A stretch of DNA of 64,000 bases. It comes from Octopus vulgaris. Its lineage: Eukaryota. Of this stretch, positions 13,103 to 25,821 are shown one piece after another. The position numbers were made by a program, and so were the translations under genes. The stretch covers positions 142,600,001-142,664,000 of the forward strand of contig OX597818.1 of NCBI GenBank assembly GCA_951406725.2, written 5' to 3'. The notes under the pieces are model-generated. The model had not been told where the DNA came from, did no database searches, and saw only the letters and a list, made by a program, of their open reading frames with translations. The stretch's first letter is position 1. Every line of letters begins with the position of its first letter.

Positions 13103-13310
13103 GTGTGTATATGTTTGTGTGTCTGTGTTTGTCCCCCCAACATCGCTTGACAACCGACGGTGGTGTATTTACATCGCTGTAACTTAGTGGTTTGGCAAAA
13201 GAGACCGATAAAGTACTAGGCTTACAAAGAATAAGTCCTGGGGTTAATGTGCTCGACTAAAGACAGTGCCACAGTCAAATGACTGAAACGAGTAAAAGAA
13301 TAAAAGAGAT
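12785..13310 (+). mobile_element. Family B SINE with a roughly 105-bp insert in its (TA)n tract
   Basis: Head ggctgtgtggtaagtagcttgct..ggttcagtcccactg; tail gactgaaacgagtaaaaga. Confidence 0.88.
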
Positions 13311-13664
13311 ACGAAAATAAAGGAAATAGTGACAACCATATGTGAAACCTAAATTGCAAGCTCAGTGATAGGAGGCTTACTACCTCTCTGTAGTGCATCC
13401 ATACATGCAGTGGGTTCAAGGCCATGGATTTGATTTCTGAGTTGAACAGGGGTTTTTTTGTCTTTCAGCAAAGCAATTTCATATCAGTGCTCCAGTCTAG
13501 TGTTGGTGCAGTCCACTGTCCCCATCTCAATCGCCTTTTCTTGGATTTTGCAGTTGTGAAGGCCAGGCTAGTGAGGTGTCTGTATGTAACAACACAGGCA
13601 CCTAAAACAAGTAGCAAAAGCATCATACACACTCCCAGATCATATTCACTTGTGAGTCATGACT

Positions 13665-14387
13665 ATCATCATCATCATCATCATCATCGTTTAGCGTCCG
13701 TTTTCCATGCTAGCATGGGTTGGACGGTTCTACTGGGGTCTGTGAAGCCAGAAGGCTTCATCAGGCCCAGTCAAATCTGGCAGTGTTTCTACGGCTGGAT
13801 GCCCTTCCTAACGCCAACCACTCCGTGAGTGTAGTGGGTGCTTTTTACGTGCCACCCGCACTGGTGCCAGACAGAGCTGGCAAACGGCCACGAACGGATG
13901 GTGCTTTTTATGTGCCACCGGCACGAGGGCCAGGCGAGGCTGGCAACGGACACGAAACGGGGCGGTGCTGGCAACGGTCGCGAAACGGAAAGTTCTCTTA
14001 CATGCCACCGGCACTGGTAACACATCTGCAATTTCCATTGATCGATTTCCATTGATCGATTTCGATTCTGATCCTCACTTGCCTCAACGGGTCTTCACAA
14101 GCAGAGTTTTGACATGCCACCGGCACTGGTAGCACATCCGCAATTTCCATTAATCGATTTCGATTCTGATCCTCACTTGCCTCAACACGTCTTCACAAGT
14201 AGAGTTTTGTGTCCCAAGAAGGGAAGGTATGCATACGTAGGCCGGCTCCATCCCATGTAGAAGGCCACGGGTTATGGACTCACTTGTCCTGCCGGGTCTT
14301 CTCGCGCACAGCACACTTCCAGAGGTCTCGGTCTCTAGTCATTTCCTCAGTGAGACCTAAAGTTCGAAGGTCATGCTTCACCACCTG
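13665..14387 (-). mobile_element. RTE LINE 3' end (last codons, 3' UTR, (GAT)n tail) with an internal duplication of about 95 bp
   Basis: Minus strand encodes VVKHDLRTLGLTEEMTRDRDLWKCAVREKTRQDK*, like 16578-16680. Confidence 0.88.
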
Positions 14388-16129
14388 ATTGATATAATCA
14401 TCAATCACTATGATTGATATAATCATCATCGTCGTCATTCAATGCTTGTTTTCTATACTGGCAAGAGTTGGGTGGTTTGACAGGACCTGGTGAATCAGAA
14501 GACTGCAACAAGTTCTACTGTCTGTTTTACCATGATTTTTAAAGCTGGATGCCCTTCTTTATGCCAATCACTTTACAGAGTGAATTGGGTGTTTTTTTTC
14601 AAGTGGCAACAGCAGCAGTGAGGTCACCAAATAATTCACAAGAGTGGGGAGTAGTATTGCAGAAGGTGGCTTTGTGCCAGATGCGAGATTAGAGTATGAG
14701 AAGAGGGACAGAAACAGATGTTTTGCAGTAAAGGAAATACATGGCTACCTTAGTAGGAGAGGAAGCGAGAGGAGAGAGGTAGGAGCGAAGGAGAGAGGGA
14801 GGAGCGAAGGAGAGAGTGAAGTGGTGAAGCTGTGAGATGGGGTACACTCAAGTTACAGGGAGTATAAAAGTGGGACCAAGGATTGGATAGGGTGAGTGTG
14901 TGGGTAAGCTTGCCAGACTGGGAAAGGAGGGTGGGACATGGATGAGAGGGAATGTAGCGAGTGGGCAGAAATGGAAGGAGGATTGTTGAGGGGAAGAGAT
15001 GCAACTGGGAAGATTGGGAGATAGAGAGGAGAAGGTACAGAAGATGGTGAGCATAAGTGGGGAGAAGAGGGAGATGTTGGGAAGATGAGATGCAGGGGAG
15101 AGGTTTATCAGAGACAAATTGTGTGGAGGGTGGGGGCATGAACATAACGGACATGCCTTTCTGGCTTCGATTTTCCTTAGCTTGACAGCATCTTCAGATT
15201 AGTTTTCACCACTTCATCCCATATCTTCCCGAGTTTTCCTCTTGCACAGGTCCCCACCACATTTAGAGATTAGCACCACTTTATAAAGTTGTCTACGTCC
15301 ATATGCATCACATAACCATACCAGCACAGTCTTCTCTCTTGCACACAACACATGATGCCTCTTATGCCCAATTTTTCTCTCAAACACATTTACACATACA
15401 TACACATACATACACACACACACAACTTTTATTAACCAGATGATGCCTAACAATTGTACAATTATTCCAATGCATGTTTGTAATTCTCCAAAAGTCTCAC
15501 TAGACGGAATATCTGAAACAGCAGAACATGAGATTTTACAATGCTCATTTTATGACACAGAATACTCTTAGCCATAAAATAAAGACAGGGCTAATTATTT
15601 CAATGTTTTCAGTATAAGAAATATGCACAGTTGGGTTTAATAGGGTAATTCACAAAAACACTAAGAACCAGCTAACATTATTCTCCGGCAAAATAAGCAA
15701 GAGAGAAAACTGCAAGTGTTTTAGCATTGTTAGGATTTGTTAGCCAGTGACTTGCCGCCACTTCTAAAACTAACTAAAAAGAAACATTTATAATTACTTG
15801 GTGGTGCTGTGAAATGAGAGAGATTAATTGGATAATGTAATTATCAAGTGACATTGGCGATATATTTAATTAAAGAGAGGCACTAACTACATATGTAATT
15901 TAATAGTGGGTTTGATTATTTACAATGTTTTTAACATTGGATTAAATGTAGTAATTAGGAGAAATATTAGAGGTTATAATGCTGACTTTCTTTAATGCTG
16001 TAACTGAAGGTTTTTCTGGATCCTGCTTCGAGTCTATGTGATTATTACTTAAACAAAATCTAAAAAAAAAATAATAATCACTGCAATCTAAGTAGAGAAA
16101 CCATGACTAACTCTGACCTGCATGGCTGC

Positions 16130-17195
16130 AAAAATGTTGTGCATGTGAATATAAGCACATAGCTGCTAGAATAAGAATAGGCTGGGCAAAGTTCAGAGAG
16201 CTCCTACCTCTGCTGGTAACAAAGAGCCTCTCATTCAGAGTGAAAGGTAGACTATATGATGCCTGTGTGCGAACAGCCATACTACACGACAGTGAAACAT
16301 GAACTGTGACTGCTGAGGACATGTGTAAGCTTGAGAGAAATGAAGCTAGTATGTTCCGCTGGATGTGTAGTGTCAGTGTGCATGTACAACAGAGTGTAAG
16401 CACCCTGAGAGAAAAGTTGGACATTAGAAGCATCAGATGTGGTGTGCAAGAGAGATGATTGAGCTGGTAAGGTCATGTGAAGCATATGGATGAGGACAGC
16501 TGTATGAAGAAGTGTCACACCCTAGCAGTGGAGGGAACCGGTGGAAGAGGTAGACTCAGGAAGACCTGAGATGAGGTGGTGAAGCACAACCTTCGAACAT
16601 TGGGCCTCACAGAGGCAATGACAAGCAACCAAGACCTTTGGAGATATGCCATGCTTGAGAAAATCCAGCAAGCCAAGTGAGATCATAGTTGTGGTGGATT
16701 CCAGTGTGTCCATATTGCCCCTTCAATCATTGGGCAATATGGTGTGCTTGAGAAGACCTGTTGAACCAAGTGAAATCATAGTCGTAGCACATAAAAAACA
16801 TCATTCAAGTGTGACTGTTGCCAGTGCTGCCTGACTGGCACCTGTGCTAGTGGCACATAAAAAGCAATATTTGAGTGTGGCTGATACCAGTGCCACCTGA
16901 CTAGATTCTGTGTCGGTGGCACATAAAAAGTACCATTCAAGTGTTGGGCCTCATGGAGGCAATGTGGCCAATGCCAGTGTCATATAACTGGCACCTGTCC
17001 CGGTGGCACATAAAAGCACCCATTACATTCTTGGAGTGGTTGGTGTTAGGAAGGGCATCCAGCCATAGAAACCATGCCAAATCAGACTGGAATCTAGTGC
17101 AGCCCCTCAGCTTACCAGCCCTGGTCAAAGAACCCAACCCATGCCAGCATGGACAACATACATTAAATAATGATGCTAATGATGGTGATGATGAG
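16130..17195 (+). mobile_element. Decayed RTE-clade LINE 3' portion (post-RT domain, stops present) plus 3' UTR
   Basis: ARIRIGWAKFRELLPLL..KGRLYDACVRTAILHDSET*..RL.W*GHVKHM..GRGRLRKT*, which are typical RTE C-terminal motifs. Confidence 0.9.
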
Positions 17196-17359
17196 TGTAT
17201 GTGTATGTCTATATATATATATATATATATGCATGTGTAACAGTGTCTAGTATATTTATTTAACAATAGAAGTAATTTGTGCTCGGTTCATTATTCTTTA
17301 TGTACTTTTAACTTTTGCAATGTGGTGTTTAGTTAAATGAACTACATTTTAAAACTTAC

Positions 17360-17378
17360 TCTTGACACTAAATTCCAT
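17360..17378 (-). CDS. Possible alternative first coding exon segment (MEFSVK plus 1 nt)
   Basis: ATG at 17378 and donor AGA|GTAAGT; phase 1 is compatible with the 8368-8418 exon. Confidence 0.35.
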
Positions 17379-17783
17379 ATGATGAGTAAAACAACAACAT
17401 GTAACCAACCACAAATTAGGCCTCCCTTCAACAGGCCTGCTTCTCCGTGTATATAGTACAACGTTTTACATGTGTATGCACGAATATATGCATGTGAACA
17501 TTCACGCATATATTGATACATTCGTGCACATAAACACACAGATACATTAACACACACACACACACACACACACGTGTTTATGTGTAGGTGTGCATATACA
17601 AATTATTACCTAAGTTGTTCTTACATAAAATATTTAAGTAGCTATTGTTGAATACATTTTAAACAACAATTATGATACGTGCAAAATAACATTATCCCAC
17701 CTCTCGAAACAATCATGCAACTAATGGCATCATTTGTTTCTGTGCAGTGTGTGCATGTGCATGCACTGTTCTATTTACAGCAT

Positions 17784-17786
<3 letters not shown>

Positions 17787-17827
<41 letters not shown>

Positions 17828-18125
17828 TTGGAAAAGGATGTGTGGCATTCGATCATATAATAATAATATAAATAATATATAGATATATGCATATATACAT
17901 ACATATATGTACATACCTACATCTATTGTGTTCAACGTTTTTTGATGTCCTGTACCTTTATATATGCATGTATATATACATATAGATGTATGTATATACA
18001 TATATGCATGTATGTATACATATAGATGTAGGTATATACATATATGTAAGTATATACATATATGTATGTATATATACATATAGATGTAGGTATATACATA
18101 TATGTAAGTATATACATATATGTAA

Positions 18126-18182
<57 letters not shown>
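17787..18182. repeat. (TA)n and TA-rich minisatellite cluster with short inserts
   Basis: Directly visible. Confidence 0.9.
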
Positions 18183-19063
18183 CATGCATGCATCTACATA
18201 AGTATTTAGATGATTTATATATAAAAAAAAGTCGTTTTATGCTAAGAAATAATGAATTTATGTTTAATAACAATGGCTCTTCCACCAAAGGACACAACCC
18301 ATGAGTATTTAGGTTTCATTTCTATGAATATAGAACTTTATAACACAAATATTGTCACCCGACTCCTCAAGTGACGGAAAAATATTGTATGACCAGATTA
18401 TTATTTTACAACGCAAAAGAACAAAGTATCTGGTTACAGTTATCTATTTATATACACATATACACATGTATGTATATGTATATAGCAATTAAGGAATTTT
18501 AAATTGTTTATGTTTACAACCAAACATTTTGTTTTTCCATTTCAGTAGATTTATTTCATTGGTAACACAAATCTTTTGTTGCATGACAATGAACTACACA
18601 AATGTTTGGTAGCCTGAACAAGCCCAATGATGAATGCTTTACCCTAATGAATGGCAAAGGAGAGATATCAAGAGACCCACACCAACTTGTAGGGTTCGTT
18701 CCTATGGATGGCATGACCTAACCTGATCAAACTAAGTAGGGAGGTGGTTTAGTGACCCAATTTTCTACAACTTTATGTTCCAAAAGGAAATCTGTCAAAG
18801 AGTAGCCAGCAGTTTTGTTAGTTTGCAGTCCTGTATTTGTCAGGTCCAATGTTGATTTTACAAGGTCACTACTGGAGAAGGTATTGCTGCAGGCTGCCTC
18901 CCAGAGGAGAGCCTTGTCACTTTGGAACAAGAATATTGTGTTGCTGTTGGGTTTTTTGTTATGCCATCAGTCTAACCCTGCAGGCTCCTGTTGTGATGGA
19001 GAAGTAACTGTCCAAATCACATCTGACAGTATTGAAATCTGACAGCATGCCGAAGGAAGACAT

Positions 19064-19219
19064 ATTTGATTATCTTTAATATTTTGAAAATTCTACATTT
19101 GAACACGTTAATTACTTCAAAAAGAATAAATAAGTATAATAGCTATTAAAAATAGGGACAGACTATGTAAGTGAAGGAACATGCCCCAGTGCTTAGAGTG
19201 TTGCACTCACAATCATAAG
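19064..19219 (+). repeat. 156-bp local duplication; second copy at 20859-21223 carries a MITE
   Basis: Manual alignment shows high identity, and lengths agree after removing the 201-bp MITE and one 8-bp TSD. Confidence 0.92.
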
Positions 19220-19551
19220 ATTGTGGTTTCAATTCCTGACCCAGGTAACACATTGTGTTTTGGACCCAAACATTTCATGTCGCCAACCCACTCAGCTATA
19301 AATAATTTCCAACAATGGCTGGAAAGTTAACACTACCATAGACCAGTATCCCATTCAGAGGTTAGGGGTTGCAATCTCAGTTCCTTAAACACCATGGCAG
19401 CTGATTTAAGCTCCAGCCTTACATGTCTTAGGGCTCCTGGAAGATCTAACCCTACATATTATGATAGGCCTCAATTATTACAATACTTAAATTAATGTAA
19501 TTAAGTTATAAAAGTAAAAAGCAAAAAGGTAAAGAATTTGTTAAAATAGGT

Positions 19552-19922
19552 ACAGGTATGGCTGTGTGGTAAGAAGCTTGCTTACCAACCACATGGTTCC
19601 AGATGGCTTCTACTATAGCCTTGGGCTGATCAAAATCTTGTGAGTGGATTTGGCAGAGGGAAACTGAAAGAAGCCCATCATATATATATGTATATATTTA
19701 TGTGTGTGTGTCTGTATTTGTCTCTCCACCATCACTTGACAGCCAATGCTGATGTGTTTATGTCCCCATAACTTAGCAGTTTTGCAAAAGAGACCGATAG
19801 AATAAGTACTAGGCTTACAAAGAATAAATCTGTGGTTGCTTTCTCCGACTAAAACCCTTTAAGGTGGTGCTCCAGTATGGCTGCAGTCAAATGACTGAAA
19901 CAAGTAAGAGAAATGAAAAGAA
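19552..19922 (+). mobile_element. Family B SINE, CpG-decayed
   Basis: Similarity to other family B copies. Confidence 0.88.
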
Positions 19923-20154
19923 TACTTTGGGTTTATTTCAATTAATTTTTAAAATCTTGAGGAATTTACCAAAATAACTGTCATTATTAAGATGGTGATC
20001 GGAGCATAACTTGACATGGAATTTTGATGGAAGGGATTCATTTAAAATCACTTGAAAACAGGACGTTTGTATTGTAGAACCAAAGGTGGTGGTCTTGCGT
20101 GTGTTGGTAACAAAAGGGTTAATTCTGCCTTCCTAACAAGATATAATCGGCTTC

Positions 20155-20355
20155 ATCCGTGTGTCTGTCCTTGTTTGTCCACTCTGTGTTTAGCCCCTTG
20201 TGGGTAGTAAAGAAATAGGTATTTCGTCTGCTGCTACATTCTGAGTTCAAATTCCGCCAAGGTCAACTTTGCCTTTCATCCTTTCAGGGTCGATTAAATA
20301 AGTACCAGTTACGCACTGAGGTCGATATAATCAACTTAATCCATGTGTCTGTCTT
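20155..20355 (+). mobile_element. Family A SINE fragment with tail-to-body junction
   Basis: The tail (tttagccccttgtgggtagtaaagaaata) is followed directly by an internal portion (ggtatttcgtctg..). Confidence 0.8.
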
Positions 20356-20993
20356 GAACTCTTGTAAGTTAGTAGTTGTAAAGAAAATATTGGCAGAAAG
20401 GAGTTAACTCTTTAACATTTAAACTGACCATATCCAGCCCAAAATTTTCTACATGTTTTTTGTTCAAACTGGCCAGATCTGACCTTTCACATCTACCTAA
20501 CAATGTCATTGTAAGAACAAGAAAATTGCAGCAAAGCTGGATGATGGTGATGTCAGATGTGGCACACAGACCATCATATAACTTGATTCACATTACATTT
20601 TTATTCTTCTCTTCTGTTTTATTTTGGCATGCTCATTTTTATTTTTCACTTTCATTTTACGAATTCTATGTGCATGTGCACATTATGTGTTCATACTTCT
20701 CTTTCCAGTTCCTACTCAAAACCATTTACAGATCACAACCATCTCACAAACCTGTGGTCGTAAGCAGTGCTTTGAGCTCTGATGGTTGTGAAATAAGCAG
20801 TCACTTCATTGAAATCTCAAAGCTACAAGATAACACATGATTAATTCAAAACAATACAATTTGATTATCTTTAATATTTTGAAAATTCTATATTTGAACA
20901 CATTAATTACTTCAAAAAGAATAAATAAGTATAACAGCTATCAAAAATAGGAACAGACTATGTAAGTGAAGGTACATGCCCTAGTGCTTAGAG

Positions 20994-21194
20994 CAGTGGT
21001 TTTCAACCAAGGTTCTGCCAGTACAGCCCAGGGGTTCCGCAAGAAGTTACAAAACTGCTAAAATCGGCAGTAATTTTTAAGTCTCCTGTGCAGATATGTG
21101 TGCATAAGATTATTAAATTATTGCACAGGGGTTCCTCGTGCCAGTGGAATGTTTCCTTGGGGTTCCGCTCCAGCAAAAAGTTTGAGAAGCACTG
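20994..21194. mobile_element. hAT (Charlie-like) MITE, 201 bp
   Basis: TIRs cagtggttttcaa / ttgagaagcactg; perfect 8-bp TSD gcttagag (20986-20993, 21195-21202); empty site at 19191-19198. Confidence 0.95.
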
Positions 21195-21736
21195 GCTTAG
21201 AGTGTTGCACTCACAATTATAAGCATTACATTTAACAGAGTAATCTGAACACTAAAGACTATATTTACAGAGAAAAAAAATTCATCAAAAAAAAAACGTA
21301 ATACAGTTCAACATCTAAAAAAAGATTACTTGTATCTTTGTTCAATTGAACCAAACCAATATATTACTGATACTTATTTTAGTGAATAAAAAGGAAAATG
21401 TCAATCATGGAGAGATTAAAAACAAACGTATGACACTAAACTGGATACTGTATCAAACCCACTACCCAAGCATTTGTGCTATATTATCCATGTCATAGAG
21501 CCAATAATTTCAGGGTTGAGGTAAATTCTTGGTGGATCAACTCTACAGTCCAGTTTCAATTCCTGGGTTGATATTTTCTTCACTTATAATACTCTTTAAA
21601 ATGACTTGAATGTCACAATTTTCACACAATTTCATTCCCTTTACATTTAAGGTTCTATTCCAAACCTCATAATAGATTTTTATTGTTATATAAATTATAG
21701 ATCCATTATCACATTGCAAATATGCTAGTAGCTTAC

Positions 21737-21769
21737 AACAGATATTATGATGAAGCCAATTCATTCAAC
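21737..21769 (-). other. Possible 33-nt exon containing an ATG (MNWLHHNIC plus 1 nt)
   Basis: Acceptor cttttcttcAG and donor TT|GTAAGC; phase 1. Confidence 0.3.
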
Positions 21770-21837
21770 CTGAAGAAAAGAATATAGGTATTACAAGCTT
21801 GTTAAATCTTGCACCATAAAGTTTAGTGGTTAACCTC

Positions 21838-21992
21838 ATCTTCATCATCATCATCATCGTTTAATGTCTGCTTTCCATGCTAGCATGGGTTGGATGATTT
21901 TGACTGAGGGCTGGCGAACCAGATGGCTGCACCAGGCTCCAATCTTGATTTGGCAGAGTTTCTACAATTGGATGCCCTTCCTAACGCCAACC
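21838..21992 (-). mobile_element. RTE LINE 3' tail fragment
   Basis: (CAT)n then gtttaatgtc..gatgcccttcctaacgccaacc. Confidence 0.87.
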
Positions 21993-23803
21993 TTCTCTGA
22001 ATATATTCTCTGATAGTCTTCAAAAGAGCCTTTTTCTATAAATACACATACCATTCAACTGGATTAAACCCTTTTACTGCAGAAATCAGATACAGCCAAT
22101 CAAAATTTCATTACCTTTAACTGTGGAAAGCAGTTTTATACACCAGTCTATGTTTTGTTGCAGAATGTGATGTTTGAAAGTATTTTCTGTCAAGGTATGT
22201 CGAGTTTATTGAGGAAATATGACTTGCAGAAAATACCAATTCTATTTTTTGATAAATATTTAACATCTTTATTAGAATAATCATGAAATTAATTTCACAG
22301 TTAAAAGGTTAAACAAAAAAATCTTTTGTAACATCAGTTTTGGAATATTCTTTTCTTCCATCTTGTAAAGGTTGTAGTCATTTGGCTCCCAGGTGAGATC
22401 TGATCAAGTACAACAATAATTAAAAGTGTTTCTTTCAGAGTGTCTAGGATTATATCCTTTTTTGTTAATATAATATTATGGGTTTTTTTTGCAGGAGATT
22501 TGGCTGCTATTTCTAACAGATCATTTGAACATAGTCAAATTATCAAATATTCTTATGCAGAAACAATGTCAATTGAAAAGATAAAAATTAGGTTAATGGA
22601 TCCATTATACATAAAATAGTCCCTTCTTTGTGGATGAGTTATTGTTAAACATGTGACAGCACACGAATTTAGTGACGGGGATAAAAGGGTTTTTTTAGGA
22701 AGGGTGGTTTGAGGAAGCGTATGATGACATCATAAACAGGGAAACTACTTGAAGTCAATTGTTGGGCAGGTTAAGGATGGAAGGAACCTTAATGTCTGAG
22801 GAATGTGGAATAGACAGCAGCAGTAATAGGTGTGTGCGTGAGTGTGTGTGTGTGTGTGTGTGTCTGCTTAATTCATGTAGAAGTTATCCTTTGTTCAATT
22901 ATGCTGTTCATCACCTTGCTAATCATCCAAGAAGACACTATCATACACAACCTGATCTCATTACCAGCTCATAAATTATGAGTAAATATCATGGAGGAAG
23001 GGCTTATGTACTATTAAGATGTAGGTCTAGTCTTTCAGTGAGATCCTTGTAAAGTAGTCTTTTTTTTCTCAGCATAAGTTTATGTGAATGTATATAGAGG
23101 TTGTGTGTGTGTGTATACATATACATGCATTCATATATACTTACATACACGTGTGCATGTGTATGCACACCCTAAGACACACAAATACACAGGAATATGC
23201 AAATGACTGAATTCAAGAAACAACATCCGACATCTTAACAGTTGTTTCCTAATTTGGACATTTATAATATTATTGCAAGCAAGTATTTTACAACTCCTGC
23301 ACACCTGCACACTCACACACACATCACACATCACACACACACACACGCATCACTTGCTCATTCATATAAGCTGTCAAACACAAAAATCAAGATTACATAG
23401 AAAATCTATCCGAAGAAATGGAAAAAAGCATTTACTTCAATTGCCTTCCTATCAATGCCAATTTACCAATGGCAAATTATCAAATTCCTAACCTCATTCA
23501 TCTTCTTCATTCTGGTTCTCTTGTCTTTTTTTACCTTTTTTTTTCCCCCCATTTCTCATCCATTTCTTTCTCAATAGCATTCTCATTTCCTTTCATCTAT
23601 TTTTAAATTGTCTTTTTTTTATCATCATTCAATCTCACCTACAGAGCTTTTCCCCACGAACAGTATTACACGAGGATATCCTATCACACCTATTGCATTA
23701 TCCAGCATTCTTTTCACACCCACTCTTATAATCATTCTCTCCCTTCTACCACCATTTAATAATAATTATTATTATCATTATTATCATATCATTATAATTA
23801 AAA

Positions 23804-24710
23804 TGGCAAGCTGACAGAATCATTAGCATACTGGGAAAAATGCTTAGTGGCATTTCGTCTGTTTTTATGTTCTAAGTTCAAATTTTGCCAAGGTCGACTT
23901 TACATTTCATCCTTTTGGAGTTGATAAATTAAGTACCAGTTGAGTACTGGGGTCGATGTAATCGACTAGACTCCTCCCCCCAAATTTCAGGCCTTGTACC
24001 TATAGTAGAAAGGATTATTATTATCATTATTATTATTATTATTATTATTATTAAGGCGGCGAGCTGGTAGAATTATTAGCATACTGGACAAAATGCTTAG
24101 TGGTATTTGCCCATCCCTTCATTCTGAGTTCAAATTCCACCAAGGTCGACTTTGCTTTTCATCCTTTCGGGGTCGATGAAATAAGTACCAGTAAAACACC
24201 GGGGTTAATGTAATCGAATAGTCCCTCCCCCAAAATTTCAGGCCTTGTGCCTATAGCAGAAAGGATTATCATTATTATTATTATTATTATTATGGTGCTG
24301 GATTATGAGACCAATTAAAGTATTGAGAACTCTGGGCTCTTTATATTCTGAGTTCAAACCCAGCTGAAGCCAACTTCATCTTTTTTCCTTTCCCGATTCA
24401 ATTCTTGTAAAAGTACCAATCAATAACTACCACTCCACCATATAAAATTGCTGGCTTTGTGCCTAAACTAGAGACAATTATAATTAGTATTATTAAGGTG
24501 ACGAGCTGGAAGAATCTTTAGACTCCAAACAAAATGCTGAGAGACATTTCATGTCCTTATGTTCCAAGTTCAAATTCTGCCATGGTCGACTTGTCTTTCA
24601 TCCTTACGAGGTCAATAAAATAAGTACCAGTTGAGCACTGGGGTCGATGTAATCACCTTACCTCCTCCCACGAAGTTACTGGCCTTGTGCCAAAATTTGA
24701 AGCCAATATT
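23804..24710 (+). mobile_element. Tandem cluster of 3-4 family A-related SINEs with alternative tails and (ATT)n linkers
   Basis: Heads at about 23804, 24055 and 24496; tails aaatttcaggccttgtgcctatagtagaaagg or ctggccttgtgccaaaatttgaa. Confidence 0.85.
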
Positions 24711-24944
24711 ATCTGTATTATTATCATAAGCTGGTGCTTCTTGAGTCATATCTTTCAGTTTTCCTTTAGTGGTAATTCAGATGTTCGCAGAAGGCTTTGG
24801 TTAGCCCAAGGCTGTAGTAGAAGACACTTGTGCAAGGTGCCACACAGTGAGACTAAGCCCAGACCATGTGGTCGGCAAGCAAACTTCTTACCATACAGCC
24901 ATATACATATATATATATATATATATATACCTTAAAGATTGTTT

Positions 24945-25772
24945 GTGGCCGGTTGCCAGCTCTGTCTGGCCCCGTGTCGGTGGCACGTAAAAGCACCATC
25001 CGTTCGTGTCCGTTGCCAGCATCGCCTGGCCCCGTGCCGGTGACACGTAAAAGCACCATCCGTTCGTGGCCGTTTGCCAGCTCTGTCTGGCCCCGTGTCG
25101 GTGGCACGTAAAAGCACCATCCGTTCGTGTCCGTTGCCAGCATCGCCTGGCCCCGTGCCGGTGACACGTAAAAGCACCATCCGTTCGTGGCCGTTTGCCA
25201 GCTCTGTCTGGCCCCGTGTCGGTGGCACGTAAAAGCACCATCCGTTCGTGTCCGTTGCCAGCATCGCCTGGCCCCGTGCCGGTGACACGTAAAAGCACCA
25301 TCCATTCGTGGCCGTTTGCCAGCTCTGTCTGGCCCCGTGTCGGTGGCACGTAAAAGCACCATCCGTTCGTGTCCGTTGCCAGCATCGCCTGGCCCCGTGC
25401 CGGTGACACGTAAAAGCACCATCCGTTCGTGGCCGTTTGCCAGCTCTGTCTGGCCCCGTGTCGGTGGCACGTAAAAGCACCATCCGTTCGTGTCCGTTGC
25501 CAGCATCGCCTGGCCCCGTGCCGGTGACACGTAAAAGCACCATCCGTTCGTGGCCGTTCGCCAGCTCTGTCTGGCACCTGTGCAGGTGGCACGTAAAAAA
25601 CACCCACTACACTCGCGGAGTGGTTGGCGTTAGGAAGGGCATCCAGCCGTAGAAACACTGCCAGATCTGACTGGGCCTGACGAAGCCTTCCAGCTTCACA
25701 GACCCCCGTTGACCCGTCCAACCCATGCTAGCATGGAAAGCGGACGCTAAACGATGATGATGATGATGATGA
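24945..25772 (+). mobile_element. RTE 3' UTR with expanded near-perfect tandem array of alternating 60/61-bp units (121-bp period, about 5 dimers)
   Basis: Units alternate gccagctctgtctggcccc / gccagcatcgcctggcccc, and the element ends in the RTE tail plus (GAT)n. Confidence 0.93.
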
Positions 25773-25821
25773 TATCTGCTTACATAGACAGACAGACAGA
25801 CAGATAAACAGATAGATAGAT

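Noticed and set aside
22720-22799. ATGATGA...CTGA spaced like a box C/D snoRNA
   Set aside because: No terminal stem, no convincing guide adjacent to box D, and on the strand opposite the predicted host transcript. A snoscan run would settle it.
24853-25721. 220-277 aa repetitive ORFs, and a superficial CRISPR-like periodicity
   Set aside because: Tandem array in a LINE 3' UTR; no unique spacers, no cas genes, eukaryotic context.
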